A stretch of DNA of 64,000 nt, from assembly GCF_046119375.1 (NCBI RefSeq), contig NW_027362764.1:293074001-293138000 (forward strand), given 5' to 3'. Positions 32,953-44,538 of this stretch are shown one piece after another. The translations under genes were made by a program, and so were the position numbers. This DNA is from Phyllobates terribilis. Its lineage: Eukaryota. The notes beneath the pieces are model-generated. The model made no database searches and was not told the origin of the DNA. It saw nothing but the letters and a program-made list of their open reading frames with translations. Numbering within the stretch: the first letter of the stretch is position 1; every line of letters begins with the position of its first letter.

Positions 32953-35671
32953 TGTCACGCTGGGTATTGTGAGAGCCCAGCGTATAACACCGGGAAAAGG
33001 GGAGGGAGCCCTACAACTAGGGAAAGGGAGAGTGAAGACCCATAAACAGATCTAACGACAAACCCTGACTCCCCTATTGCCAAGCAGGAAACCTGGCCCT
33101 AGCTGACCCCATGGCTAGGCCCTAGGCATGGATACGGAGGGGTGAGTACTAAGTCAGCCCCACTACAAACTAAAGTACACACAGGGGAAACAAATAGGGG
33201 AATACATTTAGATCCGAAATGACACCGGAGAAAGCACAGCTACAATCCATGAAGGAACTCCAAGGTAACTCTAGTCGACTACTAGAATCCCAGGCCTGAA
33301 TTGGTATAACACGCAATCACCAGCAACTCTCTGAGGATCTCAGTGTATTTAAGGACACAGCAATTTAGTGCTGATTAACCGCGGAAAGGTGAGGATACCT
33401 CAGGGTCCTAAAGGTAAAGGTATAATCCCCAAGCAAGGTGAGGATCACTGCTTTGTCCTAAAGAGAGAGGAATCATAAAAGGAACTGGGAGATGTTTGTA
33501 AGGCCAAACGCAGCGACCTTCTACAGCTGAACACCAAATGACTGTCTGTCAACCCTGACACACCAGCAGTGTCGGACTGAGGTGTCTGGGGCCCACAGGA
33601 GGAATTGATCCTCGGGGCCCACCCTACTGCTATATGCAAATACCTGTTAACCGTTATCCTTGTTATAGTGGAGCGTCGACTGTAAATCACAGGCGGCTCC
33701 TGCACATCTACTGTGCGCCACCATTACTGGGATGTACAATTACTTTAGCTTGCATTAAAGGGGTTCTTTGGTTAAAAGAAGTTATCACCGATCCATGGGC
33801 TCCACAAAATAGGTGATAACTTATTGATCGTTTAGGTTCGAACATTGGAAAACGCACTGATCGGAAGAATGGGGAAGTTTTATCCCTGTCAGGACACTTA
33901 TCCCCATTTTAAAATGCAGCAGCAGGTGGGACGTCTGACCACAGCCTCATTCATTCTCTTTGTGGCTTCCAGAAAAAAACAAGAACAGTCACTGAGGGAA
34001 TGAATGGATCAGTGGTCAAGTCGCACATGATCTCCAGTCTAATGGGATAAAAACTCCACATTCTACCAATCGGTGCTGGTTTCAGCAGTCAGACCCTCAC
34101 CAATCAATAATTTATAACTTATCCTGTTGAGAGGCAATTACTTGTTTTCCCCAGAGAACCCCTGTAAGCGCATCTTATTCGACATTTGAACACAGTACGA
34201 AATGCTGGCAAACCGGAGGTGCATTGGTGAGACCAAAAGGCATAACCCGACTCTCGAAATGCCCCTCAGTGGTATTGAAAGCCATTTTCCATTTATCCCC
34301 CTCTTTGATTCTAACCAGATTGTAGGCTCCCCTTAAATCCAACTTGGAGGGCACTTTAGCTCCGACAATATGGTTGAATAAATCCAGAATCAGTGGAAGA
34401 GGATACAGATCTTGGACGGTAATTTGATTATGTTCCCGGAAATCTAAACAGAGACGGAGACCTCCATCTTTCTTCTTCACAAAGAAGAACCCTGCCGTCA
34501 CGGGTGAGGAGAACGGTCTGATATGTCCCTTGTCCAGACTCTCAGCAATGAAATCCTTCATGGCTTGTTTCTCAGGCCCAGAAAGATTTGGATTTGGGTA
34601 GTTTAGCTTCCTCAGACCGCCCCCCGGCAATGAGGTGTTTCCCCGCAAAAGGGCTCCGGAGAAGGTGGCCTCACCCTCCTATACCTCGTAGGCATCTATC
34701 CACGCGTATAGCCAACAACATGGCAGCCTCCAAAGACCCAGGGGTTTCGTAAACTACCAAGGCATCCTTCAACCTTTCTGAAAGACCCTGACAAAATTGG
34801 CTTCTAAGAGCCGGGTCATTCCACTTGGTATCAGTTGTCCATCTACGAAATTCAGAGCTATAAGTCTCTGCTGACCGATCCCCCTGCTGAAGGCGACGCA
34901 GCCTGGATTCAGCCAAGGAGATTCGGTCAGGATCATCATAGATGAGAGCCAGAGGCCCGAAAAATCCTTCAACTGATCGGAGACAAACAGAGCCCTTAGG
35001 CAAAGAGAAAACCCAGGATTGAGGATCTCCTTGTACACGTGAGCTCACAATCCCCACTAGCTTCTCCTCATCTCCAGAAGAGAAGGGTCAAAGCTTAAAG
35101 TATAATTTACAAGCTTCTTTAAACAGTAAAAATGTATCTCTACCTCCTGAAAACCTGTCTGGGAGGGCAATTTTGGGCTCAAGCTGGGCCGGCCTTCCCG
35201 CAGAATCCCCAACATTAGGAGTCTGCTGCTGCTGCTGTTGCTGCTGAACGGGAGGGGTGAGCACTAAGTTAGCCCCACTACAAGCTAAAGTACACACGGG
35301 AAACAAATGGGAATACACTTAGCTCCAAGATGACACCGGAGAAAGCTGAGCAACAATCCACAAAGGAACTCCAAGGTAATTCTGGTCGACTACTAGAATC
35401 CCAGGCCTGAATAGGTATAATACGCTATCACCAGCAACTCTCTGAGGATCTCAATGTATTTAAGGACACAGCAAGGAAGTGCTGATTAACAGCAGAAAGG
35501 TGAGGATACCTCAGGGTCCTAAAGGGAAAGGTATAATCCCCAAACAAGATGAGGATCACCGCTGGTCCCTAAACAGAGAGGAATCATAAAAGGATCTGGG
35601 AGATGTTTGTAAGGCCAAACGCAGCGACCTTCTACAGCCGGACACCAAATGACTATCTGTCAACCCTGACA
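32953..35671 (-). mobile_element. Degraded Gypsy remnant (Gypsy-4): one full LTR, one truncated LTR, gag and RT fragments
   Basis: 32953-33560 (TG...CA) resembles 35251-35671. Minus-strand gag (EPKIALPDRFSG, IYDDPDR, WNDPAL) is joined by deletion to RT ([25 protein letters not shown]). No TSD found. Confidence 0.85.
33759..34163. mobile_element. T2-type (Kolobok-like) MITE
   Basis: TTAA|AGGGGTTCT ... AGAACCCCT|GTAA. Confidence 0.65.
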
Positions 35672-36228
35672 CATCCGTGACTGCAGGTTACTTCCATTAC
35701 CCTTAGTATGAAGCATGTTGCCTTCACTGTACACATTTTGTAATAAAAAATATTTAATGTTTTATGTCACTTTTTAATTGTATATATTCATTACAAATGT
35801 AGAGCTTTAGTCGATTACAAGATAACATTTTGGAGCTCTAGGCCTACAAAGCCTGGATCCCTTTGACCAAAATACTTACAATTGAAAGTCACGTTGTAAA
35901 ATAACATTACAGTTCTATTCACTACAGCATATCAACATTAAGATAATAAAGATTACAGGGGATAAATATAATAATCTGGCTAGGAGCATGTTGTCAGCCA
36001 AAACAAAATGATCCCTCTTAATGTCAAAAAATATAAGAATACACTCCGTCGAATACTAAGCCTACAATTGTCTGACAGAATGAAGTACTGTATTCAATTA
36101 ATGTAAGAAATTCATTTTTATTGGTGTACAAAACATAGAAATATACAGAAATAAGAAAAAATATTATGAGGGTTACTAAGGAGGAATCCAAGAAAATCCC
36201 CCAGTTGCACCAAAAAGCAATGGGGAAG

Positions 36229-37286
36229 TGTAGTGCCGGCGTCCCTGCCCTCTGCTAGGCAGGGACGCTGTTCCCCTCACCGCTCTGCTCCGTGCCCGGC
36301 GTCCCTCTCCCGCTCTGCTGGCAGCGCGCGCTCCTTCCCGGCCACTGTGCTTAGGGCGCGCGCGCGCGCCCTCCCTCCCTCTTAAAGGGGCCGCGCGCGC
36401 CGTCCTAAGGAGTCCCCGGCCAATGGCCGGAGGACTTTACCATATATAAGGCACCTCCTCCAAAATGGAGGTGCCCGAGCAATGTTGTTGCACCGTTCTA
36501 CTCTGCTTCAGCCCTCAGGTCCCGTTGCCAGTTACCTGCCAGATTCCTGCCAGCTTGCTGTCCTAATCCTGCCTGATTTCCTGTTACCTGCCTGCCTGCC
36601 TGAGGTCCGACGGTCTGCCTTACAACTCCGGTCAGTCTGTCTATGGACCAGCTTGCCCGCTCACCTGGGAGCGCTTCTCCGCTACCTGCCTGCTTGCCTG
36701 CCCGGAGGCTCCGCTGTCACGTGCTGTGACCACCAGCTATTCCAGACTCTTGCCCGCTCACCTGGGAGCGCTTCTCCGCTACCTGCCTGCTTGCCTGCCC
36801 GGGGGTTCCGCTGTCACGTGCTGGGACCACCAGCTATTCCAGAGACTCTTGCTCGCTCACCTGGGAGCGCTTCTCCGCTACCTGCCTGCTTGCCTACCTG
36901 GAGGCTCCGCCGTCACGTGCTGTGACCACCTGCTATTCCAGAGACTCTCGCTTGCTCACCTGGGAGCACACATCCTCCATCTGCCTTGCTAGCCTACCTG
37001 GAGGTTCAGCCATCACAGGTCGTACCTACCCTTTACCTAGAGACTGCCCCGGTCACTTGCCGTGACCTCCAGCCCGTTCTTCCAGAGACTGCCCCGGTCA
37101 CTTGCCGTGACCTCCAGCCCGTTCTTCCAGAGACTGCCCTGATCACTTGCCGTGACCTCCTGCCCGTACACCCAGAGACTGTCCCGGTCACCTGCTGTGA
37201 CTGCCTGCCTGGTCGCCACCCGCTCCCTTACAAGGACCGCTCCCTTGTATAGTAGCCCAGAGGTTCCGCCTCCCAGACCCGTTACA
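36229..37286 (+). repeat. 5' LTR of Gypsy-2
   Basis: TGTAGT...TTACA. TATATAA at 36443. Internal 97-99 bp and ~39 bp tandem units. Confidence 0.96.
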
Positions 37287-37299
37287 GTTTGCTCGGGCC

Positions 37300-38250
37300 A
37301 TGGAACCCGGTGGCACCCAAGCTCCCTCGCTCTCGGACCTGTGTCATGAACTGTCCCGTCAAAGGTCCCAACAGGAGTCCATCCTGGGTCACCTGCGGAA
37401 TGTCAATACTCGCCTGGACACTCTGACTGTTCCACCAACAACCTCCGCCAGTGCCATGTCTCGCAATCCGGCAGCTCCGCTGTCCAATAACACCATGATA
37501 TCCTACCCCGGACCTCGGCTTTCTGCACCTCCTCGCTTCGGAGGCGACTCAGCCCAGGCTCGGGGCTTCATAAATCAGTGCACCCTGCACTTTGAACTAA
37601 TGTCCCACCAGTTTAACTCCGACCGAGCCAAAATTGCATTCATCATGTCCCATCTCACCGGGGAGGCCCTGGCCTGGCTAAATCCTCTATGGGAGAGAGG
37701 AGACCCCCTGGTGTCCAACTTGCCTGCTTTTCTCACGGCTTTCCAGAAAGTCTTCGACGAACCCGGACGGAAGACCTCATCCGCATCATCGTTGCTACGC
37801 CTCCGTCAGGAAAGTCTCACCGTGGGCCAATATGCCATACGGTTCCGTACCCTTGCCTCGGAGCTGGCCTGGGATAACGACGCTCTGGTTTCCGTCTTCT
37901 GGGAGGGTCTGTCCGGCCGTATTAAAGATGAACTTGCCGGTCGGGACATTCCTACCACTCTCGATGACTTAATAACTCTTGCCACCCGGATTGACCTACG
38001 GTTCCAGGAGCGTGCCAGAGAGGTCACCCGTGAGAGGAGGTTACCACGTCTAGCTCCTACTTTTCAGAAACCCGTCACTCCTTCTGTCTCTAACCATGTA
38101 CACCCTCCTGAGCCTATGCAGGTCGACCAGACCAAGATGGTCAAGACCCGTCAGGACTTACGCCGTGCCGAGGGGACCTGCTTCTACTGTGGCAGTAAGG
38201 AGCACCGGATCCGTGCCTGCCCGGAGAGGTCGGGAAACGCCTGTGTCTAG
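37300..38250 (+). CDS. gag: Gag (PEG10/RTL-like capsid plus CCHC knuckle)
   Basis: PPRFGG, FINQC, WLNPLWE, FWEGLS, EPMQVD, CFYCGSKEHRIRAC. Confidence 0.95.
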   Translation: MEPGGTQAPSLSDLCHELSRQRSQQESILGHLRNVNTRLDTLTVPPTTSASAMSRNPAAPLSNNTMISYPGPRLSAPPRFGGDSAQARGFINQCTLHFELMSHQFNSDRAKIAFIMSHLTGEALAWLNPLWERGDPLVSNLPAFLTAFQKVFDEPGRKTSSASSLLRLRQESLTVGQYAIRFRTLASELAWDNDALVSVFWEGLSGRIKDELAGRDIPTTLDDLITLATRIDLRFQERAREVTRERRLPRLAPTFQKPVTPSVSNHVHPPEPMQVDQTKMVKTRQDLRRAEGTCFYCGSKEHRIRACPERSGNACV

Positions 38251-38277
38251 GTTCGCTCAGAGAGGTCCACCTAGACA
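38232..38277 (+). promoter_or_regulatory. -1 programmed ribosomal frameshift signal
   Basis: G GGA AAC in the gag frame (38232-38238), 5-nt spacer, 8-bp stem TGTCTAGG/CCTAGACA. The -1 frame is open into the protease. Confidence 0.88.
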
Positions 38278-41200
38278 AGAATAAATCCTCTCCATCCCTG
38301 CTGTTGTCAGTTTCAATCGTCTACGGGGAGAACCGTTATTTCGAACTAGCCCAACTGGACTCTGGAGCAGCCGGGAATCTTATTTCACAGTCCCTGGTAG
38401 AGAAATACCGCATCCCCACCAAACCTCTGGCTGTACCCTTGTCTGTTGCTGCCGTGGATGGGGGGCTCTTACCACGCCCCATCCAACTCATCACCGAATC
38501 CATTACTCTGCAGGTGGGAATGCTGCATTCTGAAAGTATCTCCTTCCATGTTCTGCCTGGACTCTCTCACGCCCTCTTGCTAGGCCTACCTTGGCTCCAG
38601 AAACATGCACCCGTTCTTGACTGGCAGACCGGAGAAGTCCTTCGCTGGGGACAGGGCTGCCATAAGACCTGTCTGGTTCCCGTTCATCCCGTCCGTCCTT
38701 CTCCTACCCCAGCTAATCTACCTGGACTTCCGATTCCTTATTGGTCTTATGCTGATATCTTTAATAAAAAGGAGGCAGAGACACTACCCCCTCATAGACC
38801 ATACGACTGCCCTATCGACCTGTTACCTGGTACTTCTCCTCCCCGTGGGCGTATTTATCCATTATCCGCTGCTGAGACCCGGTCGATGTCCGAATATATT
38901 GAGGAGAGTCTGGCCAGGGGATTCATCCGGAACCTACCTCCCCGGCGGGAGCAGGCTTCTTTTTCGTCAAAAAGAAGGACGGCTCTCTCCGTCCCTGTAT
39001 AGACTATAGAGGCCTTAACCAGATCACGGTGAAGAATAAGTACCCCCTTCCGCTCATTCCGGAGTTATTTGATCGTCTGAGGGGGGCTAGAATCTTCACC
39101 AAACTGGACCTCCGTGGGGCGTACAACCTGGTTCGTATCCGTCAGGGGGATGAATGGAAGACGGCATTCAACACCCGGGACGGCCACTATTAATATCTGG
39201 TAATGCCCTTTGGCCTCTGTAACGCTCCTGCCGTCTTTCAAGAGTTGGTCAATGACATCTTCCGGGACCTTCTCTACTCCTGCGTAGTGGTGTACCTGGA
39301 CGACATCTTGGTCTTCTCTCCGGATCTCCAGACTCACCGGAGGGATGTTCGTCAGGTCCTGCTCAGGCTCAGGCAGAACCATCTCTACGCTAAATGTGAG
39401 AAGTGCCTCTTTGAGCAGACCTCGCTTCCGTTTCTGGGCTACATTATCTCTCAGACCGGCCTACAAATGGATCCTGAGAAACTGTCTGCCATCGAGAAAT
39501 GGCCCCGACCAGAGGGGTTGAAGGCTATTCAACGGTTCCTGGGCTTCGCCAACTATTACCGCCTCTTCATCCCGCACTTCTCTTCCCGGACTGCCCCAAT
39601 TTCCGCGCTCACCCGTAAGGGTACTAATCCCAAAGAGTGGCCGCCCGAAGCAGAGGAGGCCTTTCTTTCCCTAAAACAGGCCTTCTCTTCCGCCCCGGTG
39701 CTGCATCGCCCGGACGGCAACAAGCAGTTCTTCCTGGAAGTTGACGCCTCCTCCTCTGGAGCCGGAGCGGTACTTACTCAAAAATCATCTTCCGGGAGAA
39801 TGGTAACTTGTGGCTTCTTCTCCAAACTCTTCTCCTCTTCTGAGCGCAACTATTCCATAGGAGACCGAGAGTTATTGGCCATCAAGCTGGCGTTGGAGGA
39901 GTGGCGTTACCTACTCGAGGGGTCTCTTCATCCGGTAATAATTTACACTGACCACAAGAACTTGGCTTACCTCCAGCATGCCCAGAGACTTAACCCGCGC
40001 CAAGCCCGGTGGTCCTTGTTTTTTGCTCGCTTTGATTTTGTTCTTCATTTTCGCCCGGCTGACAAAAACGTCAAAGCAGACGCCTTGTCCCGATCATTTC
40101 TGGTGTCCGATCTCGAGGAAGAACCTAAACATATCATCGATCCCGCCAGAGTAATGCAGGTGGCTCCCGTGAGTCTAAATCGTCTCCCTCCCGGTAAGAC
40201 GTTTGTTTCAGTACCTGATCGGGAGAAGATCCTACACTGGGGCCATTCGTCTAAACTAGCTGGCCACGTCGGTCAGAAAAAGACCCTCCAGCTTATTGCC
40301 CGGCACTGTTGGTGGCCTACCCTGCACAAGGACATAATAGACTTTGTTTCTGCCTGTGTGTCCTGCGCCCGCAACAAAGTCCCGAGACATCTGCCAGCCG
40401 GACGCCTCCTTCCGCTTCCTGTACCTGCTGCCCCCTGGCAGCATATAGCAATGGACTTTATAACTGATCTCCCCGTCTCTGCCGGTTGTACGGTCATTTG
40501 GGTGGTCGCTGACCGCTTTTCCAAGATGGCTCACTTTATTCCCCTGCCAGGCCTTCCGTCTGCACCCGAGCTGGCTAAAGACTTTATCCGCCACATCTTC
40601 CGTCTTCATGGCTTGCCCCTCCACATCGTGTCGGATCGTGGGGTACAGTTCACCTCACGTTTCTGGAGAGCCACTTGTAAACTACTAGACGTCACCCTGG
40701 ACTTCTCTTCCGCTTACCACCCACAGTCCAATGGTCAAGTGGAGCGGATCAATCAGAACCTGACCAGTTACCTCCGGCACTTCGTTAATGCCCACCATTC
40801 TGACTGGGTGGATCTCCTACCATGGGCCGAGTTCTCTTATAATAATCACGAGAGCGAATCCTCCTCCAAATCCCCGTTTTTTGTAGTCTTTGGTCAGCAT
40901 CCTCGGATTCCTTTTCCTGTCTCCACCTCTGTGGACAACCCGGCTGCGGAATCTCTCGTTAGCAAATTTTCCTCCATATGGGAGAGTACCCGGTCCGCAC
41001 TCCTTCTGTCATCCGAGCGTATGAAAAGACACGCTGACAAAAAACGCCTGGATCCTCCACAATTTCGTCCAGGAGATAAAGTCTGGCTCTCATCTAAATA
41101 TGTTCGACTCAAGATACCGTCTTACAAGTTAGGGCCTCGGTTCATCGGTCCTCTGGAGGTCATCAGTCAGATCAACCCGGTGGCCTATAAATTGAAACTC

Positions 41201-41656
41201 CCGGCCAACTTACGGATCCCTAACTCCTTCCATGTATCTCTCCTCAAACCCGTGGTGCTTAACTCTTTTTCCAAGTCTACAGGTACGCTTCCTGCTCCGG
41301 TTTCTGCTGAGGACGAGTTTGAGGTAGAGAACATTCTTGCCACCAAAAGGGTAAGAGGAAAGACCTTTTTTCTGGTAGATTGGAAGGGGTTTGGTCCTGA
41401 GGAGAGAACGTGGGAGCCCCGGGAGAACATCCATGCCCCTCTCATCCTAGCTAAATTTCTATCTGGCCTAAAAAAGGGGGGGCCTAAAGTGGGGGGTACT
41501 GTAGTGCCGGCGTCCCTGCCCTCTGCTAGGCAGGGACGCTGTTCCCCTCACCACTCTGCTCCGTGCCCGGCGTCCCTCTCCCGCTCTGCTGGCAGCGCGC
41601 GCTCCTTCCCGGCCACTGTGCTTAGGGCGCGTGCGCGCGCCCTCCCTCCCTCTTAA
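38238..41656 (+). pseudogene. pol: pol (protease, RT, RNase H, integrase, chromodomain) with two lesions
   Basis: LDSGA, YLDD, VSDRGVQF, NGQVER, FLVDWKGFGPEERTW. A 1-bp deletion near 38932 and TAA at 39191-39193 replacing E in GHYEYLVMP. Confidence 0.93.
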
Positions 41657-42557
41657 AGGGGCCGCGCGCGCCGTCCTAAGGAGTCCCCGGCCAATGGCCG
41701 GAGGACTTTACCATATATAAGGCACCTCCTCCAAAATGGAGGTGCCCGAGCAATGTTGTTGCACCGTTCTACTCTGCTTCAGCCCTCAGGTCCCGTTGCC
41801 AGTTACCTGCCAGATTCCTGCCAGCTTGCTGTCCTAATCCTGCCTGATTTCCTGTTACCTGCCTGCCTGCCTGAGGTCCGACGGTCTGCCTTACAACTCC
41901 GGTCAGTCTGTCTATGGACCAGCTTGCCCGCTCACCTGGGAGCGCTTCTCCGCTACCTGCCTGCTTGCCTGCCCGGAGGCTCCGCTGTCACGTGCTGTGA
42001 CCACCAGCTATTCCAGACTCTTGCCCGCTCACCTGGGAGCGCTTCTACGCTACCTGCCTGCTTGCCTGCCCGGGGGTTCCGCTGTCACGTGCTGGGACCA
42101 CCAGCTATTCCAGAGACTCTTGCCCGCTCACCTGGGAGCGCTTCTCCGCTACCTGCCTGCTTGCCTACCTGGAGGCTCCGCCGTCACGTGCTGTGACCAC
42201 CTGCTATTCCAGAGACTCTCGCTTGCTCACCTGGGAGCACACATCCTCCATCTGCCTTGCTAGCCTACCTGGAGGTTCAGCCATCACAGGTCGTACCTAC
42301 CCTTTACCTAGAGACTGCCCCGGTCACTTGCCGTGACCTCCAGCCCGTTCTTCCAGAGACTGCCCCGGTCACTTGCCGTGACCTCCAGCCCGTTCTTCCA
42401 GAGACTGCCCTGATCACTTGCCGTGACCTCCTGCCCGTACACCCAGAGACTGTCCCGGTCACCTGCTGTGACTGCCTGCCTGGTCGCCACCCGCTCCCTT
42501 ACAAGGACCGCTCCCTTGTATAGTAGCCCAGAGGTTCCGCCTCCCAGACCCGTTACA
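41500..42557 (+). repeat. 3' LTR of Gypsy-2
   Basis: Near-identical to 36229-37286. Confidence 0.96.
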
Positions 42558-43579
42558 GGAAGTATATCGCAATAATCAGAAAATAGGAGGAATGATCCAG
42601 CGTATCAGGCTATGAACTTGAATAAAACATAGCTTTTATTGAGCCATTAAAAAATGCTGCTACCACCATAATAAGTCTTAGTGCACACAAGGATCACAGC
42701 TGTCTTGACCTACTCGTTTCAACGTGCAGTCTTAATCATGGTCCATGATAAAGACTGCACGTCCAAACGCGTAGGTCAAGATAGCTGTGATCCTTGTGTG
42801 CACTAAGACTTATTATGGTAATAGCAGCATTTTTTAATGGCTGTAACATCCCTGGCGGCGTGCTGGCATGGCTTACCACCTCCCACCATGCAAGACCGCC
42901 ATCTTACCTATCAGTCCAGGCTGCACACTTTGCTCCAGTACCTGCTGTGTGCATGTCTCTTGTCTGATTGCTTAGGGCGGCGGCGCGGTTACTGCCTGAT
43001 TCTTATAGTTACTGTGTGCGCACTCCTAATGCGTCCCCAGCCTATTGCTGTGAGTCACTGGATACTTAAACTCCCTCCACCCAGTAGGAGGTGCCTGGGG
43101 AACACTTTCTTTCAGTGTGTTCTGTGCAACTGAGTTGCCAGGTCCTATCCTGTATCTTGTCTGTTTCCGCCACCCTGGGGGCTGAATACCCAGGCCTGTT
43201 ACCTGTATCTGTAACTTCTAGTCTGCTCCGCCACCATGGGGGCTGTATACCCAGGCCCGTTATCTGTATCTTTGACTTCTAGTCTGTTCTGCCACCCTGG
43301 GGGCTGTATACCCAGGCCTGTTACCTGTATCTGTGACTTCTAGTCTGTTTCCGCCACCCTGGGGGCTGAGTTCCCAGGCTCGTTCCTATATTTTGTTTCT
43401 GGTTCAGTTCCTGTCTGAACTGTGTCCTAGCCTGTTACCTGTTTTGTCTCTATGTCCGAACCTTCCCTTTTCCTGCAGTGTCTGAACCTGCACCTAACTC
43501 CTACTCGTTGTCTCTGTACTTTTGTTTGTGAGTTTTGCGTCCACTTGCTATTTCATTGCAAGTACCTTGTGTGTAGCTG

Positions 43580-44100
43580 GTTCTGTTTGTCCACCGCACC
43601 TGCGGTTTCGCTTTGCTCTGCATGTCCACCGCATCTGCGGTTTCGCTCTGCTCTGCTTGTCCACCGCACCTGCGGTTTCGCTCTGCTCTGCTTGTCCACC
43701 GCACCTGCGGTTTCGCTCTGCTCTGCTTGTCCACCCCACCTGCGGTTTTGCTCCGCTCTGCTTGTCCACCGCACCTGCGGTTTCGCTCCGCTCTGCTTGT
43801 CCACCGCACCTGCGGTTTCGCTCTGCTCTGCTTGTCCACCGCACCTGCGGTTTCGCTCTGCTCTGCTTGTCCACCGCACCTGCGGTTTCACTCTGCTCTG
43901 CTTGTCCATCGCACCTGCGGTTTTGATTTGCTCTGCTTGCCCACCGCACCTGCGGTTTTGCTCTGCTCTGCTTGCCCACAGCACCTGTGGTTTCGCTCTG
44001 CACTGCTTGTCCACCGCACCTACGGTTTCGCTCTGCTCTGCTCCGCTTGTCCTCCGCGCCTGTGGTTCTGCTCTGCTAGTCCACCGCACCCGCGGCTCTG
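43580..44100. repeat. 35-bp minisatellite in the Gypsy-3 5' LTR
   Basis: Unit CCACCGCACCTGCGGTTTCGCTCTGCTCTGCTTGT; the equivalent array is at ~47165-47650 in the 3' LTR. Confidence 0.93.
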
Positions 44101-44538
44101 TACCTGTATCCCAGTCTGTACTGGTCCCTATCCAGCCTGTGTTCCTACCTGCCAGTATCTGCCAGTGTGCATACTAGCCGTGCCTGCCAGCACCCGTCTG
44201 TCTGCATACCAGCTGTGCCTGCCAGTACCCACCTGTCTGCATGCCAGCCGTGCCTGCCAGTACCCACCTGTCTGCATACCAGCTGTGCCTGCCCATTCCT
44301 GCATTCCCCGGTGTGGGTCAACAGCTGTGACCGAGGTCTGACCTGTAGTAGCACCTGGTCCCTCTGCTCGGTTCCTCCCTGGTTCACGGAGTCGACTGAG
44401 ACGCCGTGCGACCTTGGTCGGACCGAGTTGATACTTAGTCACGCCCCTCCAGGCACTCCTCGGTTCATGGTCCAGTGGGATCACTAACCACGCTCACGCC
44501 AGTCAGTCTGGGCGTGTGCGTAACAGTTTGCTCAGGCC

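Larger units (their letters stand above)
36229..42557 (+). mobile_element. Young full-length sushi-like Gypsy chromovirus (Gypsy-2)
   Basis: 1058-bp LTRs (36229-37286, 41500-42557) with about four differences seen. 5-bp TSD GGAAG (36224-36228, 42558-42562). PPT before 41500. Confidence 0.98.

Noticed and set aside
36482-37252. ORFs within the Gypsy-2 LTRs (also 41753-42523)
   Set aside because: Translations of LTR tandem repeats with no protein features.
43452-44341. 240-300 aa Cys/Leu-rich ORFs in Gypsy-3 LTRs (also 47030-48015)
   Set aside because: Products of the 35-bp minisatellite, open on both strands.
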